From Deltaproteobacteria bacterium (GTDB lineage Bacteria; Myxococcota_A; UBA9160; SMWR01): DNA of 62,691 bases. Location: positions 1 to 62,691 of the forward strand of contig JAQBGU010000241.1 in NCBI GenBank assembly GCA_032128375.1, given 5' to 3'. The notes below the pieces were generated by a model. That model did not search any database. It saw only the letters and a program-made list of their open reading frames with translations, and was not told the origin of the DNA. A program made the translations under genes and the position numbers. Below, piece by piece: positions 9,793 through 19,050 of this stretch (within the stretch, counting starts at the first letter, position 1; every line of letters starts with the position of its first letter).

Positions 9793-11952
9793 ATGAACTC
9801 TCGTGCGCGGTTTTCAACGAGGGTGGGTGCCTCCGGCTTGGACAAAGGCCACAACTCGATAACGCGCGCGCACACCTGGATGCCCTGGATGTTGGCGCTG
9901 GCTGCGCTGTGGCCGGGTGTCGGGGTGTTAGCTGCGCCTGTTCCGGCGAAATCAGCTCCGGCGAAATCAGCGCCCGTCTTGCCGAGCGTCAACGAGCAGC
10001 CGGCGATCTCAGCCGCAGTGGCGTTGCGTGAGGCCAACGAGCGGTTCGCTGCGAACGATCACGCAGGCGCCGAGCGGCTGCTTGCGCAGATCGCGAACCA
10101 CCCGGTGGTCGGCGACTACGCACTGTTGTTATGGATGCGATCGTTGGTCGAATCGGGGCGCACCGCCGAAGCGATCGTGATGCGCCTCGAGTGGGACCGG
10201 CTCGATTCTCCACTCGACGGGGAGTTTTTCACGCTGCTCGGTCGCGCCTACGCGTCCGAAGGCGCCGAAGGCCAGGCACGTGAGTCTTGGAGCCGCGCCC
10301 TGGGGTCCGAGACGAATCCCGATCGGTTGGCGGCTGTTCACATGTCGATCGGCGCGTCCAATGAGCGAAGCGAACGCTTCGTGCAGGCCGCGAACGCGTA
10401 CCTCGACGTCTGGATTCAGTATCCCGAAACTGACTCTCGCGACGCGTCAGATACGGCGCTCGGGTCGCTCGAAGCGCGCCTTGGACACACGATACGAACC
10501 GCAGTGGAGTATCGCAAGCGCGGCGACGTGCTGTTTGGGCTGCGCAGCAACGAAGCCGCACTCGATGCATACGAACGCGCAATCGCAGCTGAGCCGTCGC
10601 TCACCGAGCGACGCCGCGCCGAGCGCAAGCGTGCCCAGACGCTGTTTCGGCTGCGCCGCTATCCCGAAGCTGCGCGCGCCTTCGGCCGCTTGCCGGCCGA
10701 CGACGAGATCGCGATCGAGATCGCCCGCGCGCACGCGCGCTCGGGCGACGTCCCCCGAGCCATCCGCGAACTCGAAGCGATCGGCAAGCGAACCCGCAGT
10801 GCGCACTCGGTGCAAGCGAACTACCTGGCTGGCCTGTTGGCTGACGAAGACGACCCGCTGCACGCGCGTGCCTTTTTTGATCAAACGATCGCGCGCGGCG
10901 GAGCGACCTCGTACGCGAACGCCGCGATTTGGCGGCTTGGCTGGTCCGCGTATCGCGCCGGAGAATTCGCCGAAGCCATCCGCTACTTCGATCGACTGAT
11001 TCGGTCGGACACAGGGCTTTCGGGTTTGGGTCCACGCTACTGGCGAGCCCGCGCAATCGAACGCTCGGGGGGCAGCGGAGCCGCAGCCATCTACGCGTCG
11101 ATCGCAGGCGAGTTTCCGTTTTCCTACTACGGCTGGCGCGCCTCACAGCGGACCCAGCACAGGTTGGATGATGTTGGCGAAGTTGGTGAAAGCGCTGATG
11201 GACAGGCTGGGCAGCGGACTGCTTCTCCGCTGGCTCCAGGCAACGCGACGCTGCCCCCAATCGCGCTCGCTCGGGTTGCGATCTTGATCGATGCCGGCAT
11301 GCACGAAGCCGCCAGTGAAGAGCTGGCGCGTCTGTTCACCGCCGCGACCGGACTATCCGATCGATTGGCGCTCGCCGAGCTGTACTCCCAGACCGGCGAC
11401 TTCCATCGCGCGCAGCGCTTGGTGGTGGACGCATACGGCGACAGGCTCGCAAGCGCGCCCGCACTAGTGGATCTGGACATCTGGTGGCACGCCTGGCCGA
11501 CGCCGTTTGTCGACGCGTTTCGCAAGACGGCCGAACGGGGCGTCCAAGTAGAGCCGGGGTTGGTGTATGCGGTCATGCGCGAAGAGAGTGGCTATCAGCC
11601 CAAAGTCCTTTCGGTGTCTGGCGCGCGCGGCCTGCTCCAGATCATGCCCGAGACCGGCGAACGCATGGCGCGCTCCGAATCGCTTCACGAATTCGACAAG
11701 GACGCCCTGTTCGACCCGGAAACCAACATCCACCTCGGCAGTGCGTACCTGGAGCAGTTGCTGGCACGCTTCGATGGACGGGCAGCGGCAGCGGTCGCCA
11801 GCTACAACGCCGGACCCGAGGCCGTTTCGCGTTGGCTCGAATCCGGCCCCAGCGAAGACGATGAGTGGGTCGAAGCGATTCCCTACGAACAGACCCGCAC
11901 CTATGTCAAGCGCGTGCTTCGGAGCTTGCAAGTGTACCGGGTGCTGTACTGA
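9793..11952 (+). CDS. slt: Soluble lytic murein transglycosylase with TPR superhelix (Slt70-like)
   Basis: AVMREES, GARGLLQIMP, ASYNAGP and IPYEQTRTYVKRV motifs; TPR repeats. Confidence 0.9.
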   Translation: MNSRARFSTRVGASGLDKGHNSITRAHTWMPWMLALAALWPGVGVLAAPVPAKSAPAKSAPVLPSVNEQPAISAAVALREANERFAANDHAGAERLLAQIANHPVVGDYALLLWMRSLVESGRTAEAIVMRLEWDRLDSPLDGEFFTLLGRAYASEGAEGQARESWSRALGSETNPDRLAAVHMSIGASNERSERFVQAANAYLDVWIQYPETDSRDASDTALGSLEARLGHTIRTAVEYRKRGDVLFGLRSNEAALDAYERAIAAEPSLTERRRAERKRAQTLFRLRRYPEAARAFGRLPADDEIAIEIARAHARSGDVPRAIRELEAIGKRTRSAHSVQANYLAGLLADEDDPLHARAFFDQTIARGGATSYANAAIWRLGWSAYRAGEFAEAIRYFDRLIRSDTGLSGLGPRYWRARAIERSGGSGAAAIYASIAGEFPFSYYGWRASQRTQHRLDDVGEVGESADGQAGQRTASPLAPGNATLPPIALARVAILIDAGMHEAASEELARLFTAATGLSDRLALAELYSQTGDFHRAQRLVVDAYGDRLASAPALVDLDIWWHAWPTPFVDAFRKTAERGVQVEPGLVYAVMREESGYQPKVLSVSGARGLLQIMPETGERMARSESLHEFDKDALFDPETNIHLGSAYLEQLLARFDGRAAAAVASYNAGPEAVSRWLESGPSEDDEWVEAIPYEQTRTYVKRVLRSLQVYRVLY

Positions 11953-12890
11953 GCCGGCTCGAGGCGCCGATCTGGCATGTACCGGGTGCGCGACGCGCGC
12001 TCGATGTGCTGGGTCTCGGCGAAAACTCGCTCGATCGGCTGTGCGTCGTCGACGCGCTGCCGCGATCTGGCGAAAAACTTTCCGTCCGGGGTTACGCAGA
12101 GCGCCCTGGCGGGCAGGTGGCGACGACGATTCTGGGCTGTGCCCGGCTCGGACTGCGCTGTGGGTATGCGGGCGCAGTAGGCGAGGACCATGCAGCACAA
12201 CTGGTACTCGAGCCGCTCCGCAAGGCAAACATAGACCTGTCGCACGTGCAAACTCTGGAGGGCGTCCCAACTCGACAGGCCATCATATTGGTGGAGCGCG
12301 ACACTGCCGAACGCTGCGTGCTGGCTGTTCGGGACCCGCGTCTGTCGCTCGGCGTCGGTGTGCCGAACCGGACGGCCATCGCTTCGGCGCAGGTGCTCGC
12401 GATCGACACTTCTGATTGCGATGCCAGCCGCTGGGCGGCGCGTATCGCTCGTGGGGCCGGAAGCGCGGTCGTATTGGACGCAGACGATTCGACCGAGGAG
12501 GTGCTCGAGCTCATGTGCGATGTCGATTTTCCTATCGTTTCAGCGGATTTCACCGAATCGATGGGGGAGGGCGGGTCTCCGGTGCGGACACTCCGCGAGC
12601 TGGCGGGTCGCGGCGCGCGGTTGTCTGTGGTGACCCTCGGGAACCGGGGAGCAGTGGCCCTTGCGGACGATCGAACGATCGAGAGCCCGGCCTTTGCGGT
12701 CCGCGCGCTCGACACGACGGGAGCTGGTGATGCCTTTCGAAGCGGGTTCATCTGGGCTCTCATGAACCGACGAGACCCTGTAACCGCGCTCCGGGTAGCC
12801 AATGCAACGGCGGCAATGAATTGTCGGGGGTTGGGCGCGCAGGCTGGGCTTCCGAAACTCGAGGAACTCGAGAAGTTTTTGGCGGAGTAG
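11949..12890 (+). CDS. PfkB family carbohydrate kinase; start uncertain
   Basis: PGGQVAT, VTLGNRGA and DTTGAGDAF motifs. Confidence 0.9.
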   Translation: MSRLEAPIWHVPGARRALDVLGLGENSLDRLCVVDALPRSGEKLSVRGYAERPGGQVATTILGCARLGLRCGYAGAVGEDHAAQLVLEPLRKANIDLSHVQTLEGVPTRQAIILVERDTAERCVLAVRDPRLSLGVGVPNRTAIASAQVLAIDTSDCDASRWAARIARGAGSAVVLDADDSTEEVLELMCDVDFPIVSADFTESMGEGGSPVRTLRELAGRGARLSVVTLGNRGAVALADDRTIESPAFAVRALDTTGAGDAFRSGFIWALMNRRDPVTALRVANATAAMNCRGLGAQAGLPKLEELEKFLAE

Positions 12891-12948
12891 AGCCGAAGCC
12901 AGTGGCTCGCTGGACGCCAACCGGGTTGCGAACGACAGGGAGATCAAC

Positions 12949-13377
12949 ATGGCAAAATTGAGTGGAACAAGCCGCCCCTTACTGATTTTATTGCTGATTC
13001 TCTGCGCCGCGGGGGGCTGGAACTACAAGCGAAATTCCGACGTCGAGTCTGGGGAAGTGCGGCCGTATCGCAGCTATTCCGACTCCGAACTCGAGCTACT
13101 GAAATCGGCACAGCAGGCTGAAGCCGACGCGCGCGATGCGATCTACCGGGCGGGGACTCGCGTGGTCAAAGTTCAGGATCGCAGTCTGCTCGGTGACCGC
13201 GTCGAAGAATTCGACCGCATTCAGAAAATCAGCGCACAACATCGTGAGCGCGCCCACCAGGTTTCAGAGAGCCAAGCATCGATTTCGATCATCGAAGCAG
13301 AACAGGCGACGCGCGAGAAGGACCGGCCGATTTACAAGTTGATCATGCGGCGCGCATTCACGATCCGCCCGATCTGA
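12949..13377 (+). CDS. Membrane-anchored hypothetical protein
   Basis: GGGAG RBS, N-terminal TM segment, coiled coil. Confidence 0.7.
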   Translation: MAKLSGTSRPLLILLLILCAAGGWNYKRNSDVESGEVRPYRSYSDSELELLKSAQQAEADARDAIYRAGTRVVKVQDRSLLGDRVEEFDRIQKISAQHRERAHQVSESQASISIIEAEQATREKDRPIYKLIMRRAFTIRPI

Positions 13378-13383
13378 TCTCTC

Positions 13384-14169
13384 TCACTCCTCTTCCTCTT
13401 CCTCTTCTTCGTCGGTGCCGCGCTTTTCCAGCAATGTGTCTTCCAGCCCGCCGTCGCCGTCATCCTCATCGATGATGACCTCTTCGTCGTCATCGTCGAG
13501 CATCGGTGAAATCGCGCGCTTCTTCCGGTCCCCACGAACCCTACGAGCCGGCTTTGAGGGTTTTTCTTTAGGCTTCTCGTTCTGATTGGAGAGACACTTG
13601 GGACAGATCGGGTCGGGTTTGTTGAGATCGTAGAACTTGGCGCTGCACACGAAGCACACGTAGCGCGTGCCCAAGCTGGCCGAGCCGGTAGTGGCAGGGC
13701 GCAACACGATCGGAGCCTTCGGAGCGACCCTCGGCTCCTTCGAGCCCGACGGCTGCGTGGCGGCCTTCTTGGCCAACGACTTCTTGGGTGCAATTGGAGC
13801 CTTGGCGGTCCGCCCCGAAGTCTTCTTGGCGACTGCCTTTTGGGCGATGGCTTTGGCCGCCGTCTTCGCCGTTGCCTTGGATTTTGCGTTGGCTTTCGCC
13901 TTGGCCGCGGCCTTATGCTTGATCTTGGTGATTTTGGCGGGCGCCTTCTTGCCCCCAGCCTTGTTGACCTTGGTTTTCTCCGCAGCGGCCTTGGCGGGCG
14001 GTTTTTTCCCCCCGGACGCCTTCTGCTTGGCCGTAGCCTTGGCTTCGGTTTTGGCCTTGGTTTTCTCCGCAGCGGCCTTGGCGGGCGGTTTCTTCCCCGC
14101 CGACGCCTTCTGCTTCGCCGTAGCCTTGGCTACGGTTTTGGGCTTGGTTTTCGTCTTCGCTTTGGTCAT
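13384..14169 (-). CDS. Histone H1-like Lys/Ala-rich protein fused to a FYDLN_acid zinc-ribbon domain with an acidic tail
   Basis: About 170 aa of AK/PAK repeats, then LGTRYVCFVCSAKFYDLNKPDPICPKC and poly-D/E. Confidence 0.8.
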   Translation of the reverse strand: MTKAKTKTKPKTVAKATAKQKASAGKKPPAKAAAEKTKAKTEAKATAKQKASGGKKPPAKAAAEKTKVNKAGGKKAPAKITKIKHKAAAKAKANAKSKATAKTAAKAIAQKAVAKKTSGRTAKAPIAPKKSLAKKAATQPSGSKEPRVAPKAPIVLRPATTGSASLGTRYVCFVCSAKFYDLNKPDPICPKCLSNQNEKPKEKPSKPARRVRGDRKKRAISPMLDDDDEEVIIDEDDGDGGLEDTLLEKRGTDEEEEEEEE

Positions 14170-15629
14170 GCGTGAGTCCCGGCTTCTTCTACGCGGATCA
14201 CGTCCCCGGCTTCGGTCCAGCGTTGGATTCCCAGCGCAATAGCGTCCGCGGGGTCGTCGACCCGAGAGTGGTCGATTTCGATGGCTACTCCCACAGGCGG
14301 CAATTCGATTCCGGCTTCGGCAAGCCAGATTCGGTACAACCCGATGAGATCTCGTTTTGCCGTTTCCGGCGAGTCGCCGCCTTCGGCGTTCTTAATGGGT
14401 GAGTAGTCGAAGGCGCGGTCTCCCTCAACCACACAGACACGCTTTGCGGCGCCCAGTGCGTCGAATACGAAACGCTCGAGCTTCAAACCGTTGGGTTCGC
14501 CTGGCTGAACGGGCCGGCCGTGCTCGTCGAGCATCGGAATCTTCTTCGCAGAAGCGTGGTACGGCAAATAGATCTCTGCATCCCGAGCGACTCGGCGGAT
14601 GAATTGCGTGGAAAACACATGAATCGCGGTGTTTCCAGCCCAGTATTTCAAGCTTCCGTCGGCTTCGGTAGCGAATCGGTGCTCATCACTGATTTCTGTG
14701 TACTCAACGATGCCGACTCGTCCGTCAGCCTTGGCGACGACGCCAACTTTTTCCATCGGATCACGCTTTTGGATCACCTTCGCCGACATTTCTGCGTCAG
14801 CGGCCAAGTGAAAGCCCAGGTAAGTGGGGTCGGCCATTCGGATCAAGGGGTTGTCGACTTGGTAGTAAAACACCGTGTCGACACCGCGGCGCTGCATGTC
14901 GTCGATTGCACCGCAGGAGAGCAGAGCGGTGAGCGAGCCTCCGTGGCCGTTGGGATTTTCAAAGATGCGGTCTGGGCTATCCAATATCAGAAGCCCATTG
15001 AAGTCCACGCTCTGGACCATCTCTTGCTGAAAGAACATCACGTCGGATTCGGGCAGCCCGAAGAAATCGGCGTTGGCAAAAAAACTGCGGGTGGCTGTGT
15101 CAGTTGCCGCGCTCGTCATCACATACCAGGGCAGGGGCTGGCCATAACGACGCCGCAAACCCAAAATTTTTTGGGCCTGTTGTTCGAACAATGTCCGACC
15201 CGTGATGGGTCCCACCGGGAACGATCCTTTCGGTCCGTCGAAGCCGAGCCGAGTCGCCTGGCCACCCGCTACGACGAGCACCCCGATGCGGCCAGCGGCC
15301 AACGCTGCTTCACCCACAGCCATTGCGCGTTGGGCGGCCGCCGGGTCGCCCCCACGGGACGGTAGCCGCTCGATCGGCACCGATTCGAGCTCAGGGGGTG
15401 ATTGGGCCGTTCGGTCCATGTAGGCCGAGTGGGCGGCCCCAAGGGGAGCGAAGTCAATCACAGAGGCCTGCTCGAGCAGCTTTCGGCGGCTCGAATCATC
15501 CAGCCGGTCCCAGAATCTGAACACGTGCGCTTGCCCACACGCGCGAAAGCGCTCGTGGATCGCCTCGTAGCTTCGATCTTGAACTGTGCCGACCGCCAAA
15601 CGGTTATGCCCCCGAAACGCGCGGCACAT
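14166..15629 (-). CDS. UDPGP-family (UAP1-like) UDP-N-acetylglucosamine/UDP-sugar pyrophosphorylase; true start probably near 15585
   Basis: AGGQATRLGFDGPKG, PNGHGG, QVDNPL, VEYTE, KLERFVFD and PIKNA motifs. Confidence 0.9.
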   Translation of the reverse strand: MCRAFRGHNRLAVGTVQDRSYEAIHERFRACGQAHVFRFWDRLDDSSRRKLLEQASVIDFAPLGAAHSAYMDRTAQSPPELESVPIERLPSRGGDPAAAQRAMAVGEAALAAGRIGVLVVAGGQATRLGFDGPKGSFPVGPITGRTLFEQQAQKILGLRRRYGQPLPWYVMTSAATDTATRSFFANADFFGLPESDVMFFQQEMVQSVDFNGLLILDSPDRIFENPNGHGGSLTALLSCGAIDDMQRRGVDTVFYYQVDNPLIRMADPTYLGFHLAADAEMSAKVIQKRDPMEKVGVVAKADGRVGIVEYTEISDEHRFATEADGSLKYWAGNTAIHVFSTQFIRRVARDAEIYLPYHASAKKIPMLDEHGRPVQPGEPNGLKLERFVFDALGAAKRVCVVEGDRAFDYSPIKNAEGGDSPETAKRDLIGLYRIWLAEAGIELPPVGVAIEIDHSRVDDPADAIALGIQRWTEAGDVIRVEEAGTHA

Positions 15630-15756
15630 AGCACAGCCTCCTCAAAACCGGAAACTGGCGCCCGCAAATCCCTGCATCGGCAGGCAGGTGTACATCCTTA
15701 CCACTTCACCACTTCGAAAGCAGCCCCTCGAGGCGGATCTGGGATTGGAATTTACT

Positions 15757-15784
15757 ATTTTACATAATCTTTCTTATCGGACAT
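15757..15784 (-). other. dif: dif-type XerC/XerD recombination site, probable chromosome terminus
   Basis: Minus strand ATGTCCGATAA-GAAAGA-TTATGTAAAAT: 11-6-11 layout; XerD arm one mismatch from E. coli TTATGTTAAAT; intergenic AT-rich patch. Confidence 0.85.
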
Positions 15785-15789
15785 TAAAT

Positions 15790-15817
15790 TGTAGTCCCCA
15801 GATAGAAATGTCCGGTT
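15790..15817 (+). mobile_element. IS1202/ISNCY-type terminal inverted repeat (isolated end)
   Basis: TGTAGTCCCCAGATAGAAATGTCCGGTT is nearly identical to the left end at 19051 that precedes a transposase. Confidence 0.8.
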
Positions 15818-15840
15818 ACCGCCACCCGACTACACCCGTC

Positions 15841-15880
15841 GAAACGCCCTCGGCCGGTTCGGTCGGGGGCGTTTTCGTTT
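15841..15880. terminator. Intrinsic terminator hairpin, possibly bidirectional
   Basis: GAAACGCCCTCGGCCG-gtt-CGGTCGGGGGCGTTTTCGTTT just beyond the HNH stop codon. Confidence 0.65.
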
Positions 15881-15893
15881 TGGCCCGATCTCA

Positions 15894-17160
15894 TCATGCG
15901 ACCCGATCGCCCGACCGGAAGCGCGCGAGTGGCGGGTGGCCCGCTCGGACGCCGAGTTCGAATTCGAGTTCGTTCGGCGCGCGCCCGCGGACGCTGACTG
16001 TGCCGCTGTGGACGCCGCGCTGGTGGTGGAACGCGCAAAGCGTCGTCAGATTGGCGGGCTCGTCCGAGCCGCCCGCGGACCGAAACACGATGTGGTGGAT
16101 CTGCAAGTTGCGCCGCGACGTACAGCCCGGGAACACACAGCGCCAGTCGTCGCGCTCGAACAGTTCGTAGTGCCTCTTTCCGATCTGTTTTCCGATCTGT
16201 CGCCGCAACCATCGGTCATCGACCCCCCAACTCTCGAGTGCGTGGTCGAGCATCGCCTCGAAGGCGACGGATGCTGGGGCTTGCTGGCCGGTTACCCGCT
16301 CGATCGCGAGCCGGACCGAGCACAACGCCGCTTCGAACAAGCGCGCGACGTCATTCGGCGCGGAAATCTGCAACCGGATACCTCCCAGCAGGTCCCTGGG
16401 TCGCGCACACGTTTGGCGCTCGGTCGGCATCTCGTCGCGACCGGGTTCCGCGAACACTTCAGGGTCGCCGCGGTGTTCGACGAACGCGTCCGGGTCCGCG
16501 TCGCGCCACAGGCACGCGCGGTCGATCGCGTCGGCCAGACGCCGCACCGTCACGCTCGACGCGAACACCACCCAGGCTGCGCGCCAGGCGACGTTGGAAC
16601 CATCCAGGACGTCGGCGGCGAACAGCCGTGCCAACCGATCCGCCTGCACCCACGACAGCTGGCCATCGCGGTACGCATCGCGCAATGCCGGGCACGCATC
16701 TCCGAGGCGCTCGACGCGCATCAGTGCGCGCAGCTTGCTCGGCGACATCCCGAGGCATTCACGAGCCAGCGTCTCGAGCGTCTGGTAGCGCTCTTTCCAC
16801 CCGAACTCGCTCGACGTCACGCGACGCGCGAGCGATGCGAGTTCCGCACCGAGGCGCTGTTCGAGCCGCACCCCACGGCGCAATCGGGCGTCGAGTTCGA
16901 ACGGATCGACGTGTTCGAGATCCGCGAGCAGTGGAAGCAGGAAAGCTGGAATCTCTGCCTTCAGATCAGCGGGGTCGTCACACGCGGGTTCCGCGTGCGG
17001 CGGCGCCATCAACGGCCCCGCGTCATGACCGAGATCGCGAGCCGAATCGGCATTGCTCCGAGCGTCCAGCTCGACCGGGAACTGCGAAACGACCTCCGCG
17101 GTGACGCGTTCGCAGGCCAGGGCCTCACGCCGGGAGGCGTGATTCTGACGCAGACCAAGG
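15894..17160 (-). CDS. HNH endonuclease (DUF222/13E12-like architecture), probably 5'-truncated
   Basis: ERDDWRCVFPGC...QIHHIVFRSAGGSDEPANLTTLCAFHH; the N-terminal part of the computed ORF runs antisense into the exosortase gene. Confidence 0.8.
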
Positions 17161-17259
17161 GCACCATCGTCGAGAAGGCCGGTGACAACACGAAGGGGGA
17201 CAGCTTCTTCGTGGGCGCGCGACGAACGATGCCTAGCCTGTGTGGATGTTCGTGAGGTG

Positions 17260-17793
17260 ATGAGCGTGGTCGAAGATCCGCTGCCCGCCATTGAAACGAA
17301 AAGACTTTCGCGAGTCGTAGTCACCTTCGCGTTGCTGATCGCCCTTTTCTATGGCTTGACACTATCCTCCATTTACCGCGAGAAATCAGCTCCGGCGTCC
17401 CTCGAATTCGCCGCCCGCCTCGGCGCCGGTATCCTGGCCTTCCTCGGAGAGGGGGCGACCGCCGAAGGGAATACCATCCGTTCGCCGCGGTACGGCCTCA
17501 CGATCGGGGAAGCCTGCGATGCCCTCGAACCGTTCGGACTCTACGCCGCTGCGGTTCTCGCATCGCCGGTCGCGCTCTCGCTGCGCGTGCTGGGACTTCT
17601 TGGCGGCGCCGTCATCCTGCTAACGATGAATCAGCTCCGAATCGTGAGCTTGTACTACGTCGGGATCTACTCCCCCCTCACATTCGACACGTTGCACACC
17701 GAGGTATGGCAACCTCTCATCATCGTCTCGGGCGTAGCGGGTTGGATGATCTGGGCGCGATGGGCTCTACGAGTTGCCTCACTGCGCAAGTGA
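17260..17793 (+). CDS. Exosortase/archaeosortase family transpeptidase (exosortase H-like)
   Basis: GAGGTG RBS; multi-TM; catalytic Cys (IGEACDALE), Arg (NQLRIVSL) and His (LHTEVWQ). Confidence 0.82.
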   Translation: MSVVEDPLPAIETKRLSRVVVTFALLIALFYGLTLSSIYREKSAPASLEFAARLGAGILAFLGEGATAEGNTIRSPRYGLTIGEACDALEPFGLYAAAVLASPVALSLRVLGLLGGAVILLTMNQLRIVSLYYVGIYSPLTFDTLHTEVWQPLIIVSGVAGWMIWARWALRVASLRK

Positions 17794-18464
17794 CGCGAGG
17801 GCGCAAGCCGATCCTCCAGTTCCTGCTGCTGTTCGCGCTCGTCTACGCCGTTCTGATCGCGCCCTGGCCGGGCTTGCAACGCGGATATGGGATCGGTTTC
17901 CGATCTGTGATGCATCGCGTGGTGGCGGTACTCGACCTCGCTGACCGCGTCTACCTGCCCGCGCTCGACCGCACGGAATCCGAAACAGACCGGGAGGAAC
18001 GAATCGACATCTGGCTCCCGCTGGTGGATCAGATCGAGCTTCGGCCGCTGGAAGGAGCAAATCTCTGGGTGTTGCACCGCGATCCCGGGACCGGGATGGT
18101 GAAGCTCAAGCTGCACCGTGGCGGCGACCTCGCCTACATGGCGACCGCGTTCCTGATCGCTCTCACACTCGCAACCCCCATCCGCTGGCGCAGCCGATTC
18201 GTCGCATTGCTCGTAGCGCTCGTCTGCTTCGACGCCTATCTCGTGGCGCGTCTGATGGCCCACTTCGCGATGGTCTACTCGTTCGATCCGCTCCCGGGGC
18301 TCTCCTCTCCGGAGCTTGCGTACCGACTCCTAGGCTCGGTGGCATACGTGCCGTGGTACGTCATGCCGATCTTCACGTGGGTGCTCACGGTGGCGCACCC
18401 GGTGTACCGGGAACACTTGTGCCATGCAGAAACCGTCGCGCTCCCGCGAGTCGTAGCCAGCTGA
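17790..18464 (+). CDS. Exosortase-associated membrane protein
   Basis: GTGA overlap with the exosortase stop; multi-TM with ALTLATP motif. Confidence 0.65.
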   Translation: MTRGRKPILQFLLLFALVYAVLIAPWPGLQRGYGIGFRSVMHRVVAVLDLADRVYLPALDRTESETDREERIDIWLPLVDQIELRPLEGANLWVLHRDPGTGMVKLKLHRGGDLAYMATAFLIALTLATPIRWRSRFVALLVALVCFDAYLVARLMAHFAMVYSFDPLPGLSSPELAYRLLGSVAYVPWYVMPIFTWVLTVAHPVYREHLCHAETVALPRVVAS

Positions 18465-18549
18465 CTGGGCACTACCTGCAGCCGGCTCGCGCGGCTGATG
18501 CTCGAACCGCCCTGAGACCCGGGCGCTCAGCATGGAAGGGCCGCGGGTG

Positions 18550-18860
18550 TCAACGACCTGCCGCGCGCTGCTCGAGAAGCTGCTTCGCGCGCACGCGCTC
18601 GGCCGGCGAAAGCGCCTTGCTCAGATTCTCGAGCACAGGCTCCACGCGCTCGAAGCCTCCGGCGGCGCTGCGCGTGAGCCAGAGGTGCGCCCACACGAGA
18701 TCTTTTTCGATGCCGCGTCCGTGGAGGTAGCAGGCGCCGAGACTCGCATGCGCCATGGGCTGACCCTGCTCCGCCGCGAGCCGCTACCAACGCGCGGTTT
18801 CGGCATCGTCTTGCGCAACCCCGCGACCCGCGGAGAGCATCACGCCGAGCCCGAGCTGGC
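18550..18860 (-). pseudogene. Sel1-repeat protein fragment with in-frame stop
   Basis: QLGLGVMLSAGRGVAQDDAETARW*RLAAEQGQPMAHASLGACYLHGRGIEKDLVWAHLW; TAG falls where Tyr is typical. Confidence 0.8.
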
Positions 18861-19050
18861 AGGTAGGTGAAAGAAGCTGCGTTTCAGCGTGCCCAGCCAG
18901 GTAGCGGGTGGCCAGGCGCCGGAATTCACTGGCGTTTTTGCCCGATCCGTGACACGAGCAAGCCCTCGGCGGCGCAGGCTGCCGAGCTGATCGTGGCGTG
19001 TCTGCCCGCCGCGGGCATTGGACAGAAAGAATAGGGTTCTATGGGTAGCG

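Noticed and set aside
15936..17255. Long + strand ORF (439 aa) and similar antisense ORFs such as 4540-5814, 26117-27610 and 50190-51401
   Set aside because: Shadow ORFs opposite well-supported genes, expected at high GC; no motifs.
19017..19050. Possible second dif-like site before the IS end at 19051
   Set aside because: Only a partial XerD-like arm (ATTGGACAGAA); the other arm does not match.
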